NCBI GenBank assembly: GCA_965219415.1
Contig: CBDCNP010000002.1
Location: 2,048,001 to 2,112,000 of the forward strand
Source of the DNA: Candidatus Marinacidobacterales bacterium
Lineage (GTDB): Bacteria > Acidobacteriota > Vicinamibacteria > Marinacidobacterales > DATDRI01
DNA length: 64,000 nucleotides
Reading direction: 5' to 3'
The notes under the pieces are model-generated. The model worked only from the letters and a program-made list of their open reading frames with translations. It did not search any database and was not told where the DNA came from. Shown here in pieces: positions 10,725-21,569 of this stretch (within the stretch, counting starts at the first letter, position 1; each line of letters opens with the position of its first letter). Both the position numbers and the translations under genes were made by a program.

Positions 10725-13379
10725 TCAGGCCGAATGGCGGAGGGCTCGGAGGCTCTCCTCCATTCTCTTCTTCTTCTCCTGGAGCAAGTCGTATTTTTCT
10801 TGAGCCGCTTGAACGACATCTGGGGTGGCCTTGGACGTAAAATCCGAGTTCGAGAGTTTCTTCGCGAGTCCCTCTAGCTCCTTCTCGATCCGACCCACAT
10901 CACGAGAAAGACGGCTGATCTCCGCGTCGCGATCGACGATGTCCGCCAACGCAATGGTTACTTGGACGTCGCCAACCATCTCGGTCACGGCACCGGCCAC
11001 TACCGGACCGTCCGCCGAGAGCACGAGGTCTGAGACCCCACCAAGAGGACATGACCAGCTCCCGATGAAATCCCAGAAGCCATTCCTTGTACGGATTCTC
11101 GGTCCCGACCGTGACCTGGATCTTTCTCGTCGCTTCGACATTGTATTCCGTTCGGAATCGTCGTACCACGTCGACAACACTCTTCAAAATGGCCATCTCA
11201 TCTTCCGCATCGGCGTCTTCCCACTCTGGGACGGGTCTCGGAAACTCGGCAAAGGTGAGCGAATCCCCGTGGTGGGGCAACGAATGCCAGATCTCCTCGG
11301 TCACGAAAGGCATGAAGGGATGAAGCAGACGCAGGCCCCACTCGAGAACGAGCTTCAATACCGGAAGAACGGCACGGCGATCCTCGTCTCCCAGACCGAA
11401 CCTCAAGACGTCCAGGTAGTCGCCGAGTAAATCTTCTTGGAGAAAGCGACCGAGCTCTTCGGCCGCCTTGTCGATTCGGTACTCCTCGAAGGCGCGCACC
11501 ACCGTACCGTTGACGCGGGAGCATCGGGAGAGAATCCAGCGGTCGAGTAACCCTCGCGATTGTGGATCTCCGGCAAACGTCTCTACAGAAGGCTCCAGCT
11601 GGGTCGACGCGAAACGAGCCGCACTCCACAGCTTCGTCGCCAAGACATGTGATTCGGCCAAGTTGAAATGGCTGATGAGAACATCGGCCGCCGGCAAAGC
11701 GCATCGGGCGAGCGCGAAACGCACCGCGTCGGCCCCGTAGCGTTCCACGACCTCGAGCGGGTCCACCACGTTACCTTTCGTCTTCGACATTTTCTGGCCC
11801 CGTTCGTCCTTGACGAGGGCGGTGACGTAAACCTCGCGGAACGGAACCTCCGACGTGAACAGCAATCCCATCATGAGCATTCGCGAGACCCACGGGAGGA
11901 CGATGTCAGGGCCGGTGACCAGGAGATCGGTTGGATAGTAGCGATGGTAGTCTTGGTCATCGGTGGGCCAACCGAGAGCGGCGAACGGCCAGAGGCTCGC
12001 GCTGAACCAAGTGTCGAGCACATCGGGGTCTTGGTGAAGCTCGGTACCGCCGCAGGTCTCGCACTTCGCGGGCTCCGCCTCCGATACGACAATGTGCTCT
12101 ACGCCGCCTTCACTTTCAGGGCGGCAGTACCAGGCAGGGATCGGATGCCCCCACCAAGACTGTCTGGAAATGCACCAGTCTTCGGCATGTCTTAGAGACT
12201 CGATGCATGCTTCGGCCCAGCCCTCGGGAACAAAACGCACCTTTCTCCGCTCCAGAGCTTCGATAGTTGGCCCGACCAAGGGTTTGCTGTGCACGAACCA
12301 CTGTGTGGAAAGCGTCGGCTCGACCAGGCTGTCGCACCTTTCGCGATAGCCCAGCTGGAGGCGCTCGGGTTTGGATCCCGCAAGAGCGTTGCGACGAACG
12401 GAGGTAGACGACGATCCCTTTGCGAGCCTTGAAACGGTCCAACCCGGCGAGGCGACCGGCGCCCTCGGTCATGACTCCCGTTTGGTCCAAGACGGCGAAC
12501 GGGAGGAGCCCATGCCTCACGCCGATCTGAAAATCATTCATGTCATGGGCGGGGCACACCGCGGTGACGCCGGTTCCGACGTTCCGGTTCACGAGTGAAT
12601 CGGCAACGATAGGAATCGCGCAGCCCACGAGTGGAAGAATTGCCCGACTGCCAATCAAGCCTTTGTGACGCTCGTCATCGGGATGAACCGCCAAGGCTTG
12701 TGCACCCAGAAGCGTTTCCGGCCTGCGCAGTGAAACCTCAACATGCGCGTCAGATCCGGCAAGCGCGAATCGCACCGTGTAGAGTTTCTCTTCGACGTCG
12801 CGATGGCGGATCTCTAATTCGGAAATGGCGGTCAGGCAGCGAGGGCAAGCGTGAACGATATGCTCGCCGCGATAGATGAGACCAGACCAACGAAGGCCGA
12901 TAAGACCGCGCTGGTCAGCTGAGGCTCGAGCGTGAAGCGCATTCTCGACCAGTCGAAGGACCCGCCCAGCTTCTTGAGCTGTCTCACGATGGTGGTGCCG
13001 CTCTCTTCTTTGAGCCTCCGGACTCGGTCCAAGAATGCTTCGCGGCCAAGTGTCCATCGATCCTGGCCCTCCTTGACCAGCTGACGCTCCACCACGTGCT
13101 GGGTGGCGATCCCGGCATGATCGATCCCCGGGAGCCATACGGTGTCGAAACCCTGCATACGTTTCCAGCGAACGATCACGTCTTGAAGTGTCATACCGAA
13201 GGCGTGCCCCATATGGAGTGCTCCGGTGACGTTGGGAGGGGGTAGAACCATCGAGAACGGGGTCGCGGAGGAGTCTCGGGGCGAGCTTCGAAAAAGCGCC
13301 GCTCGACCCAATAGGCGTACCAGCGACGCTCTAGCTCAGCGGCCTCGAATGTCTTGGGAAGGGGCGACTCCGGGTGCAT
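10725..13379 (-). pseudogene. valS: Valine--tRNA ligase, split by at least four frameshifts and diverged
   Basis: [44 protein letters not shown] and the C-terminal coiled coil are spread over ORFs 13191..13379, 12832..13311, 12116..13138, 10900..12294 and 10725..11180. Confidence 0.88.
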
Positions 13380-13434
13380 GGGGTGGTGAGTCAGGAAAAC
13401 GACTCTTCACCTAGTCGCGACAGAAGAAGTCGAA

Positions 13435-15228
13435 CTACTTGGGAATCTTGGCCTTGATCTCAGCGATCTCTTTTTGGATGAGAGCCTCCGCCAAATCGGG
13501 AACGACTTCCCAGGCAATTTCCTGAATCACCTTCTCGGAAAGTTGCGACAGGACTTTCTTCGCTATCTTGTCGGCTAGCTCATCCATATCCTTATCCCCA
13601 ATCCCCTCCGCAGACACGCCATCGCCACCAGGTGCTCCAGCGGACGAGACTCCTTGAGTCGAGCCTTCGGCAAGACCGGCAGGTGGGGAAGGCGTCTCGG
13701 GCAGACCGCCCGATGGGGGCACAGTGGGGGCGAGCTCGGCGAAAGGCTCGTCGTCTTGAGCTGGGTGAGCAGGCATAATCGGATCGGCCGGGGAAGCTCC
13801 CACCGATGCCGCCGGGGGAATCGGGTCCGGAGTGGAAGTTGGCACCGGCGATGTGGGCGTGGGAACAACTGGAACCGGCGGAACCGGCTCATCCATCGCG
13901 CCACTTCCGGCCTGCTCGGTGACTCCTGGAGGCGCTTGCTGGTCGGCGCTGAAGTCATCGAAACCACCGAAGTCTCCGAGAGGCGTGAGCTCCGGCTCTG
14001 CCGATTCGGCTCCTACAATACTACCGCCACTGCCAGTGCCGGCCGCCTGTCCAGATTGTCCAGATTGTCCAGATGAACCCGGCGGTTCAGGCTGCGCCGT
14101 TGGCGCGGGTTCGTCCGGCCCGGGGATCACCCAAGGGTTGTCCTCACCCGGGCCATCGGCCGAGGTAGTAGGAAGCTCGGTGAAACCGGCACTCGTCGGA
14201 ACGTCCTCGGGTCCCTGGACGTCCTTGCTCTCATGCGGATCGATGGTGTCGGGTGGCGTTAGGAACCCCGGAGGTTCCTGCGGGGCTTGAAGTGGCGGTG
14301 CTTCGGGCGTCGGGGGAGGCTCGGGAGCCACCGGAGCCGACATCATGACCGTCTGGCTCTCTTCATCGACAGCCGGCACAACCGGGGGAGCCGGAGGTGC
14401 CGTGGGAACGGCTGGAGCCGGAGGAGCTGGTTCGCTCGGGGCATTCTGGACTTCGTTCCAGATGTCGTCGGAGGAACCGCCGGAAGGTTCTTGGCCTAGA
14501 AACATCGTGCGATCATCGGAATCCACCGATAGCTCACGTTCTCCCGCTTCGACCGCAAAATTCTCTTGGAATCCTGCGCCCTCCGGCGGAGCCGCCGGCT
14601 CGGGGCTGGCCGGCGGTACATCAGGTGCAGAGGAAACGGGGGCAACAGGAGCAGGCGGAGCCTCTGGCGCCGGAGTGGCCGCGGGAGGAGAACCTCCTCC
14701 CATGTCGGGTGATGACATCATGACCGTCGCGTCCTCGGGTTCATTCGCGGATGGCGCGGATGGCACGGCCGCGGGAGGTGCGGGTGTTCCCGGTGTCACC
14801 GTTGCCGTTTCCTGAGGCGCCGGCTCGCTGGCCGGCATTCCAGGGCTCGGTGCCTGAGCGGGCGCGGTCAAAAGCTCCTTCACCTTAGAAATCAGCGTCT
14901 GTGGCTCGAAGGGCTTCGCCAAGAAACCATCACAGCCAGCCTGTTTGGCCCGCTCCTGATCGAACGGCTCGAAGGCTCCGGTAAGGAGCAGCACAGGAAT
15001 ATGTTTCAGATCGTCGCTGGTCTTGATGTGCTCGCAGACCTCATAGCCACTCTTTTCCGGCATGATGATGTCGCAGAGGACAATGTCCGGCTTCACAGTC
15101 CGGATCTCCTCGATGGCCTTCTGCCCGTTGCCGACGGTATGGAGCTCGAAATCTTCGTCCGTGAAGGTCAGCTCGATGACCTTCTGTATAGTGATGCTAT
15201 CGTCGGCGAGCAGGATCTTGTGTCCCAT
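13435..15228 (-). CDS. RomR-like response regulator (receiver, long Pro-rich linker, conserved C-terminal helix)
   Basis: Receiver KILLADDSITIQKVI...DIIMP...KPF; ~400 aa Pro/Ala/Glu linker; C-terminus EKVIQEIAWEVVPDLAEALIQKEI; directly upstream of valS. Confidence 0.85.
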   Translation of the reverse strand: MGHKILLADDSITIQKVIELTFTDEDFELHTVGNGQKAIEEIRTVKPDIVLCDIIMPEKSGYEVCEHIKTSDDLKHIPVLLLTGAFEPFDQERAKQAGCDGFLAKPFEPQTLISKVKELLTAPAQAPSPGMPASEPAPQETATVTPGTPAPPAAVPSAPSANEPEDATVMMSSPDMGGGSPPAATPAPEAPPAPVAPVSSAPDVPPASPEPAAPPEGAGFQENFAVEAGERELSVDSDDRTMFLGQEPSGGSSDDIWNEVQNAPSEPAPPAPAVPTAPPAPPVVPAVDEESQTVMMSAPVAPEPPPTPEAPPLQAPQEPPGFLTPPDTIDPHESKDVQGPEDVPTSAGFTELPTTSADGPGEDNPWVIPGPDEPAPTAQPEPPGSSGQSGQSGQAAGTGSGGSIVGAESAEPELTPLGDFGGFDDFSADQQAPPGVTEQAGSGAMDEPVPPVPVVPTPTSPVPTSTPDPIPPAASVGASPADPIMPAHPAQDDEPFAELAPTVPPSGGLPETPSPPAGLAEGSTQGVSSAGAPGGDGVSAEGIGDKDMDELADKIAKKVLSQLSEKVIQEIAWEVVPDLAEALIQKEIAEIKAKIPK

Positions 15229-15314
15229 CGCCCCTCCTAGCGGCTCCTAAGATGCAACGCAGTAAGCCGGAATTGTTTAGTTTTTCGGACAATCGCCACG
15301 TCGAAATTCTAGAA

Positions 15315-15343
15315 AGACTATCATGACGCGCCGAAACTGTCAA
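15315..15343 (-). promoter_or_regulatory. Putative sigma70 promoter of the romR-valS-birA region
   Basis: TTGACA-17 bp-TAGTCT with TG just upstream of the -10 on the minus strand. Confidence 0.55.
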
Positions 15344-15425
15344 GTGGGGACGGGTCGTAATCCCTTTCGTACCTGTGGGATAGACTCACAGACCGGGTCC
15401 GACGCGCTGGCGGGGGATTTCCCCC

Positions 15426-15839
15426 TCAGGCAGCGGCTAGCTTCTGGCGCAAGAAGTCGACGACGGTGTCCAAATGGCTCCCAGGCTGGAACACCTGGGA
15501 AACACCGAGCTTGCGCAGATGCGGTATGTCCTGATCGGGAATGATGCCTCCGACGAACACCACAACGTCACCCATGCCCTTTTCCTTCAGTAGCTCCATG
15601 ACCTTGCCCAGCAGATAGTTATGCGCTCCGGAGAGAATCGATATCCCGATCGCTTTGACGTCCTCTTGAAGCGCCGCCTCCACGATCTGCTCCGGAGTTT
15701 GGCGGAGTCCCGTGTACACGACTTCCATCCCGGCATCGCGGAGCGCCCGCGCAACGACGAGTGCGCCACGGTCGTGTCCGTCCAGGCCGGGCTTGGCAAT
15801 GAGAACTCTTGCCGGTGTGAAATGAGTCTTCGCAGGCAT
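15426..15839 (-). CDS. Cobalamin-binding subunit of acyl-CoA mutase (methylmalonyl-CoA mutase C-terminal domain)
   Basis: [12 protein letters not shown] (DxHxxG), SILSGAH, VGGIIP. Confidence 0.93.
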   Translation of the reverse strand: MPAKTHFTPARVLIAKPGLDGHDRGALVVARALRDAGMEVVYTGLRQTPEQIVEAALQEDVKAIGISILSGAHNYLLGKVMELLKEKGMGDVVVFVGGIIPDQDIPHLRKLGVSQVFQPGSHLDTVVDFLRQKLAAA

Positions 15840-15853
15840 GATGAACCGGGATC

Positions 15854-18800
15854 TTACATGGCGCGGCGGTACTGGCCCCCCACCTCATAGAGAGCGTGAG
15901 TAATCTGGCCCAGGCTCGCGACTCGAACCGTATCCATCAACGCCGCAAACACGTTGCCCTCGGAAAGGGCTTCATTCTTTAACCGATCCAAGGCTTTCCG
16001 TGCCTCGGCGCGATTTCGATCGTGGAAGGCGCGAAGATTGTCGATCTGCCGACGTTTCTCCTCCGTCGTGGCGCGGGCCAACTCAACATCGCGCGGGGCC
16101 AAATCTTGATGAGATTCGGGATCGACGAACGCGTTTACCCCGACAATGGGAATTTCTCCGCTATCCTTCTTCAGCTCATACAGTAGCGATTCCTCCTGAA
16201 TGCAGCTTCGCTGATACTGCAATTCCATTGCCCCTAGCACCCCTCCCCGCTCGTTCAGCCGATCGAACTCAGCGAGCACTGCTTCCTCCACCAGGTCGGT
16301 TAACTCCTCCATGAAGTAAGAGCCCTGCAAAGGATTCTCGTTCAAGCTAACACCGAACTCACGGTTGATGATCTGCTGGATGGCCATCGCACGACGCACA
16401 GATTCGGCGGTGGGTGTCGTGATGGCCTCGTTATAGGCGTTGGTATGTAGAGAATTGCAGTTGTCGTACACTGCGGTGAGTGCCTGCAACGTGGTGCGGA
16501 TATCGTTGAACTGAATCTCTTGAGAATGCAGGGAGCGCCCAGAGGTTTGTATGTGGTACTTGAACATCTGGCTGCGCTCGTCGGCACCGTATCGCTCTTT
16601 CATCGTGCGCGACCAGATGCGCCGAGACACCCGCCCCATCACCGAGTACTCGGGATCCAGTCCGTTGCTGAAGAAGAAAGAGAGGTTGGGGGCGAGCTCA
16701 TCGATCTTCATCCCTCGAGCCAAGTAGTACTCGACGTAGGTGAATCCATTCGCCAACGTGAAGGCGAGCTGCGTTATCGGGTTAGCACCGGCTTCGGCGA
16801 TATGGTAGCCGGATATCGAGACCGAATAGAAGTTGCGCACGTTTTCGTCAATGAAGTACTGCTGGACGTCGCCCATCAGTTTCAGCGAGAACTCCGTCGA
16901 GAAGATGCAAGTGTTCTGAGCTTGGTCTTCTTTGAGAATGTCCGCCTGCACGGTTCCCCGCACGACGTTCAAAGTTTCTCGTCGTATACGCTCGAGCTCT
17001 TTCGATTTTGGTTCCCGACTTTCTTTTTCGCGGAACTTCTCCACCTCCTGGTCAAGAGCGGTGTTGAAGAACATGGCAAGGATGGTCGGTGCGGGGCCGT
17101 TGACCGTCATCGAGACGCTGGTCGATGGACTGGTCAGCTCGAACCCCGCGTAGAGCTTCTTCATGTCGTCGAGGGTGGCAATGGAAACACCGCCCTCGCC
17201 GATCTTTCCGTAGATGTCCGGCCGCTCGTGCGGATCCTCGCCGTACAGCGTGACGCTATCAAAGGCAGTGGAGAGGCGTTTTGCTTCGTCGTTGCGACTC
17301 AAGAAATGAAAACGCCGGTTCGTCCGCTCCGGCCCGCCTTCCCCGGCAAACTGCCGTCGCGGCGACTCCTCTTTGCGCTTGAACGGATAGACCCCAGCCG
17401 TGTAGGGAAACGATCCGGGCAGGTTTTCCTTGAGCTGAAATTTGAGGATCTCACCCCAGTCTTCGAAGCGGGGGAGAGCCACCCGGGGTACTCGGGTGCG
17501 GGAGAAGGTCTCGGTGCTTGTCGGAACTTCAACTTTTCGATCTCGAACCCCGAAGGAAAACGTTTCTTCCTCATAGGATCGACGGAGTTCCCCCCAACCC
17601 TGGATGAGGTCCCAGCACGCGGGGTCCAATTCGCTCCGTAGCGCTTCGAATCGGCTGTTGATCCCGTGCCGCACTCCATCGTCCTCGCACTCCCGCCTGG
17701 CCCCATCGAGTTGGTAGAGGCGTCGCGCCACCACGACTTGCTTCTCTACCCAATCTCGCTTGGTGCGAAGCGCCTCGGCGATCTCGCCTAGGTACCGCAC
17801 TCGGGATTCTGGGATGATCGGGTGCCGCTCTCCAGTGACGACACCATCCGGAACCGTCAGGGAGGACTTCAGCGGACGATTCAGTTGTTCACGCAAGCTG
17901 TTCAACAAGGCCAGGTAGAGTGCGGTGACCCCACGGTCGCCGAATTGGCTGGCGATCGTGCCGAAGACGGGCATTCGCGAGGCCTCCACTTCGCGTGGGA
18001 AGTCCCTGGTGCGGCGAATCTGCCTACGCACGTCGCGCAGTGCGTCTTCGCTGCCTCGTCGATCGAATTTGTTGATAGCGATCAGGTCCGCATGATCGAG
18101 CATGTCGATCTTCTCGAGCTGTGACGGGGCCCCGTACTCCGACGTCATCACGTAGAGACTCACGTCAGATATGTCCACCACCGCCGATGCCCCCTGTCCG
18201 ATTCCGCTCGTCTCGACGAAAATTATCTCGAAGCCCGAGGCCTTGAGTATTTGGATGGCCTGCCTCGTGGCCTCGGAAAGCTCAGCGCTCGCGCCACGGG
18301 TGGCCAGGCTTCGCATGTAGATGCCGGGATGATTGATGGCGTTCATGCGGATACGATCACCCAAAAGGGCTCCGCCCGACTTTCGCTTCGAGGGATCGAC
18401 CGACAGGATTCCGACCCGCAATTCGGGGAAATCCATCGCCAGCCGCCATATGAGCTCATCGGTAAGAGAGCTCTTGCCTGCGCCACCGGTCCCGGTGATA
18501 CCCACCACGGGAACGGTGCGCTCGGCGGCTTTCTCTTGAAGCTCCTTGGCCCATGAGGCCGAAATGCGGGGCCCGGCGCCATTGAGCTCGGCCAGCGTGA
18601 TGAGGCGAGCCAGCACGGAAACCGTGTTACTTCCGAACTTTGCAAGATCTCCATCCAGGGAAGGTGGCTTGAGAGGAAAGTCCGCCGCCCGCAACATGTC
18701 GTTGATGATGCCTTTGAGTCCAGAGCGTCGGCCGTCTTCAGGCGAATAGATCTTGGTGACGCCGTAATCTTCGAGGGCTTGAATCTCGCTGGGCACGATG

Positions 18801-19111
18801 ACGCCGCCGCCACCGCCGAAGACCTTGACGTGAGGAGCGCCACGTTCTCGCAACCGATCGACGAGGTAGCGGAAGAACTCGTTGTGCCCGCCCTGATAGG
18901 AACTGACCGCCACCGCCTGAACGTCTTCTTCGATAACGGAGTCCACGATCTCGGCCACCGACCGATTGTGGCCCAGGTGAATCACCTCCGCGCCGCCGCG
19001 CTGCAGGAGGCGACGAACGATGCTGATCGATGCGTCGTGACCATCGAACAGTGAGGCCGCGGTGACGAACCGGACCTTATTTTGTGGAACGTAATTGGAT
19101 GTCTCAGGCAT
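15854..19111 (-). CDS. icmF: Fused isobutyryl-CoA mutase/GTPase IcmF
   Basis: N-terminal B12 domain FDGHDASI, MeaB-type GTPase GTGGAGKSS / DRIRMN / ETSGIGQ, mutase domain [37 protein letters not shown]. Confidence 0.93.
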   Translation of the reverse strand: MPETSNYVPQNKVRFVTAASLFDGHDASISIVRRLLQRGGAEVIHLGHNRSVAEIVDSVIEEDVQAVAVSSYQGGHNEFFRYLVDRLRERGAPHVKVFGGGGGVIVPSEIQALEDYGVTKIYSPEDGRRSGLKGIINDMLRAADFPLKPPSLDGDLAKFGSNTVSVLARLITLAELNGAGPRISASWAKELQEKAAERTVPVVGITGTGGAGKSSLTDELIWRLAMDFPELRVGILSVDPSKRKSGGALLGDRIRMNAINHPGIYMRSLATRGASAELSEATRQAIQILKASGFEIIFVETSGIGQGASAVVDISDVSLYVMTSEYGAPSQLEKIDMLDHADLIAINKFDRRGSEDALRDVRRQIRRTRDFPREVEASRMPVFGTIASQFGDRGVTALYLALLNSLREQLNRPLKSSLTVPDGVVTGERHPIIPESRVRYLGEIAEALRTKRDWVEKQVVVARRLYQLDGARRECEDDGVRHGINSRFEALRSELDPACWDLIQGWGELRRSYEEETFSFGVRDRKVEVPTSTETFSRTRVPRVALPRFEDWGEILKFQLKENLPGSFPYTAGVYPFKRKEESPRRQFAGEGGPERTNRRFHFLSRNDEAKRLSTAFDSVTLYGEDPHERPDIYGKIGEGGVSIATLDDMKKLYAGFELTSPSTSVSMTVNGPAPTILAMFFNTALDQEVEKFREKESREPKSKELERIRRETLNVVRGTVQADILKEDQAQNTCIFSTEFSLKLMGDVQQYFIDENVRNFYSVSISGYHIAEAGANPITQLAFTLANGFTYVEYYLARGMKIDELAPNLSFFFSNGLDPEYSVMGRVSRRIWSRTMKERYGADERSQMFKYHIQTSGRSLHSQEIQFNDIRTTLQALTAVYDNCNSLHTNAYNEAITTPTAESVRRAMAIQQIINREFGVSLNENPLQGSYFMEELTDLVEEAVLAEFDRLNERGGVLGAMELQYQRSCIQEESLLYELKKDSGEIPIVGVNAFVDPESHQDLAPRDVELARATTEEKRRQIDNLRAFHDRNRAEARKALDRLKNEALSEGNVFAALMDTVRVASLGQITHALYEVGGQYRRAM

Positions 19112-19128
19112 TTTCTGTATTAGTGCTC

Positions 19129-19194
19129 CCGCCTTCGCCCTCTGGGCTTCGGCGGGTCCGCCGAAGTCTCCCACGGAGGACCGGACGAAGGCGG
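19129..19194. repeat. Nested inverted repeat (REP-like) in the icmF leader
   Basis: CCGCCTTCG (19129-19137) pairs with CGAAGGCGG (19186-19194); inner CTTCGGCGG (19147-19155) pairs with CCGCCGAAG (19158-19166). Confidence 0.6.
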
Positions 19195-19259
19195 ACGCTC
19201 GGCCTTTCTTCAGGAAGGAAGGCAGGTCAAATCATTGAAATGAAACGCCTTCTCTAACA

Positions 19260-19289
19260 ATCATAGTCAGCGGGCACTCGCGGTGTCAA
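19260..19289 (-). promoter_or_regulatory. Putative sigma70 promoter of icmF
   Basis: TTGACA-18 bp-TATGAT on the minus strand. Confidence 0.6.
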
Positions 19290-19300
19290 CCTCACGTGGC

Positions 19301-21050
19301 TCACTCGCCGTAGTCGACGCTATAGACGGGCAGGGATCCCGCCAACCCCTTGAACTTGGCATCGCCCACGTACCGCAGTCCTACCGTCTTCTTGACGCTC
19401 GGATCGTAGAACTCTCCGTAGAGATCCTGTATCTCGTCATGGTGGGTGAGTGGCAACACCTCCTCGACGGCGCGGACGGTCTCTCGGCTGACTGCGATGC
19501 CCTCGTTGAAGAGAGTACCCCTTCCATCAATTCTCACGAGCCCCCTCCCCCTCTCCCTCTCCCTTGTCGGACTGGCCGCTCGCGTCCTCACCCTCGGAGT
19601 CCTCGGGCCCGTTGTCGGCCGCCTTCTGGTCCACTTTTGAGGCCGAGGATAGGCGGCCCGCCACGTTGACGTTTCGTCCGATCACGGTGGTATCTTGGCC
19701 ACCAGAGCTTCCAATGAAGTGAGCGAGATAGACCCGGCCATGATGGATGCTTACGCCCATAGTGAAATCCGTCTGACCTTCCTTCCGTAGCTCCGCAATT
19801 TTCTCCTGCAACAGGATCGCCGTTCGGAGCGCGTTCAGCGCCCCGTAGCGGGAGCTATGGCCGGCGCCAAAGGTGATCATCATCCCGTCGCCGAGAAACT
19901 TATCGACCTCGCCACCGAAACGATCGATGATCTCGATGAACCGATCGAAAACCGCGTAGAGCTCCCGCGTGAGATCACGCTCCGAGACCAAACCCTCGGA
20001 GGTCTTCGTGAATCCGCGCAAATCCAAAAACATCACGGTCGCGTTGACCGCGTTGCCGCTGACCTCCACCGACTCGGAGTAACGGTAGAAACGAACCGGC
20101 CCGAACTGCTCGTTAACCTGCGTTTCGGTCGTGACGGAAGGAATCAATCGAATGTGGTCTCGCACGTGAGATATGATCTCGAATCTCCGCACGGCGTGTG
20201 CCAGCTCGTCGAACGCGTCCAGCAGCGTCAACGGATTGACTCCCGCATCCACTTGAGCTTTGAATACACGAGAGTGCGTCAACTTGTTTCCTAACTCCCA
20301 GACGTCGGAAAGAAGATGTCGCCGCATCTCCGCGTTGAACAGCATTCTCGTCATGTGGGCAGGGAGGAGATAGCTTTCTCTCTCTACCGACGGAAGATGG
20401 CGAGCCACCTTTGACAAGAAAAGCGGATCTTCCGTTAGCACCCGCGCCTCGATTTCCTTATAGAGAAGATCGTAAATCTCCGAGAAGACTTCGACCGAAA
20501 TACGGTAGCGGCTGTTGTTGGCGAGAATGGCCGCGAAATCCACCTCCCCCACATCGGTGAGGGCCAAAGGCAGTTGGTCATCGATGATGGCGTCGGCCAG
20601 CGAGACCTGGACGTAACGGCCCAGTAGGAATCTCAAGAACCCCGGGCGGCCTTGTTCGACCTGCCGGCAGGCAGCCTGCCAAACGTTACGGAGAAAACTC
20701 GCCAACAGAAGATGGATGGCGAACCTCGCCCGCTGCAAAGTCGGCGTCGCCGCGGTGAGGCGGGCCATCACCTCCGCTATCTCTTTGGAGTGAGACAGCC
20801 AGAATAAATTTACCAGTCCGACGCGCCGATCTTGCATGAGGGAGTTGACCAGCGTGCGTTCGAGCAAGCCGGCGTAATCCTCTTCGGCCCGGACAGGGGC
20901 GGGGCCGACGCCTTCTCGGTTCGCTTCCGGACAAAGCTCCAGCAGAAGATGAGTCAGGTAACCCTGGGCGAATCCTTGCAGGTGGGGATGATGCTGAACG
21001 TAATAGACGACTTCTTCCCGGCCTTCTTCATGGCGTACTCGTCACCCCTG
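19301..21050 (-). CDS. Class III adenylate/guanylate cyclase domain protein (frameshifted near 19545; start uncertain)
   Basis: MFLDLRGFT, VDKFLGDG, TVIGRNVNVAGRL in ORF 19527..20867, whose frame stays open to ~21040; C-terminal strand KFKGLAGSLPVY lies in ORF 19301..19591. Confidence 0.8.
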
Positions 21051-21202
21051 GTAAAGGGTTTCGCCCCGACGCGGTTCATCGAGGGCACCCGGGAAGAAGC
21101 GGAGCGGCTCCTAGGGGGTAGCCTACCTCCTCTTCCCGCTGGTGAGCTCGCCGAGCGGGCCTCCTGGGGGCCTCCCCGAAAATGACGAGCGCGCCCGGCG
21201 CT

Positions 21203-21484
21203 CTATTGTTCGTTGTTGATAAGCTCTTTGAGTTCCTTACCCGGCTTGAAATAAGGGACCTTCTTGGCGGGTACGTCTACTCTCTCACCGGTCTTCGGGT
21301 TGCGTCCCTTGCGCGACTCCCGCTGCCGGATTCGAAAGCTCCCGAAGCCGCGGAGCTCGATCTTATCGCCCCGGTGCAGAGCACTGATGATGCTCTTGAA
21401 GACGGTGTCCACGATAATCTCGGAGTGTTTCTTCGTGAGATCCGAGACCCTGGAAACCTCTTCGATCAATTCGGCTTTAGTCAT
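21203..21484 (-). CDS. ihfB: Integration host factor subunit beta / HU family protein
   Basis: MTKAELIEEV, IELRGFGSF, GRNPKTGE, VPYFKPGKELKE; follows rpsA. Confidence 0.9.
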   Translation of the reverse strand: MTKAELIEEVSRVSDLTKKHSEIIVDTVFKSIISALHRGDKIELRGFGSFRIRQRESRKGRNPKTGERVDVPAKKVPYFKPGKELKELINNEQ

Positions 21485-21569
21485 CTTCCACGACTCCTTG
21501 TTTGTCCCCAGTTAATTTTGCAATCTAGCTAGGTTCTACTCAAGGTTTGCCAAGACCGAAGGCAAACGG

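Noticed and set aside
14047-14075. 9-bp tandem repeat (TGTCCAGAT)
   Set aside because: Encodes SGQSGQSGQ within the low-complexity RomR-like linker
16520-17641. Long antisense ORFs in the track (e.g. 16520..17641, 26055..26936, 55596..56474, 61797..62990)
   Set aside because: Shadow frames of well-supported opposite-strand genes, expected in high-GC DNA; no recognisable motifs
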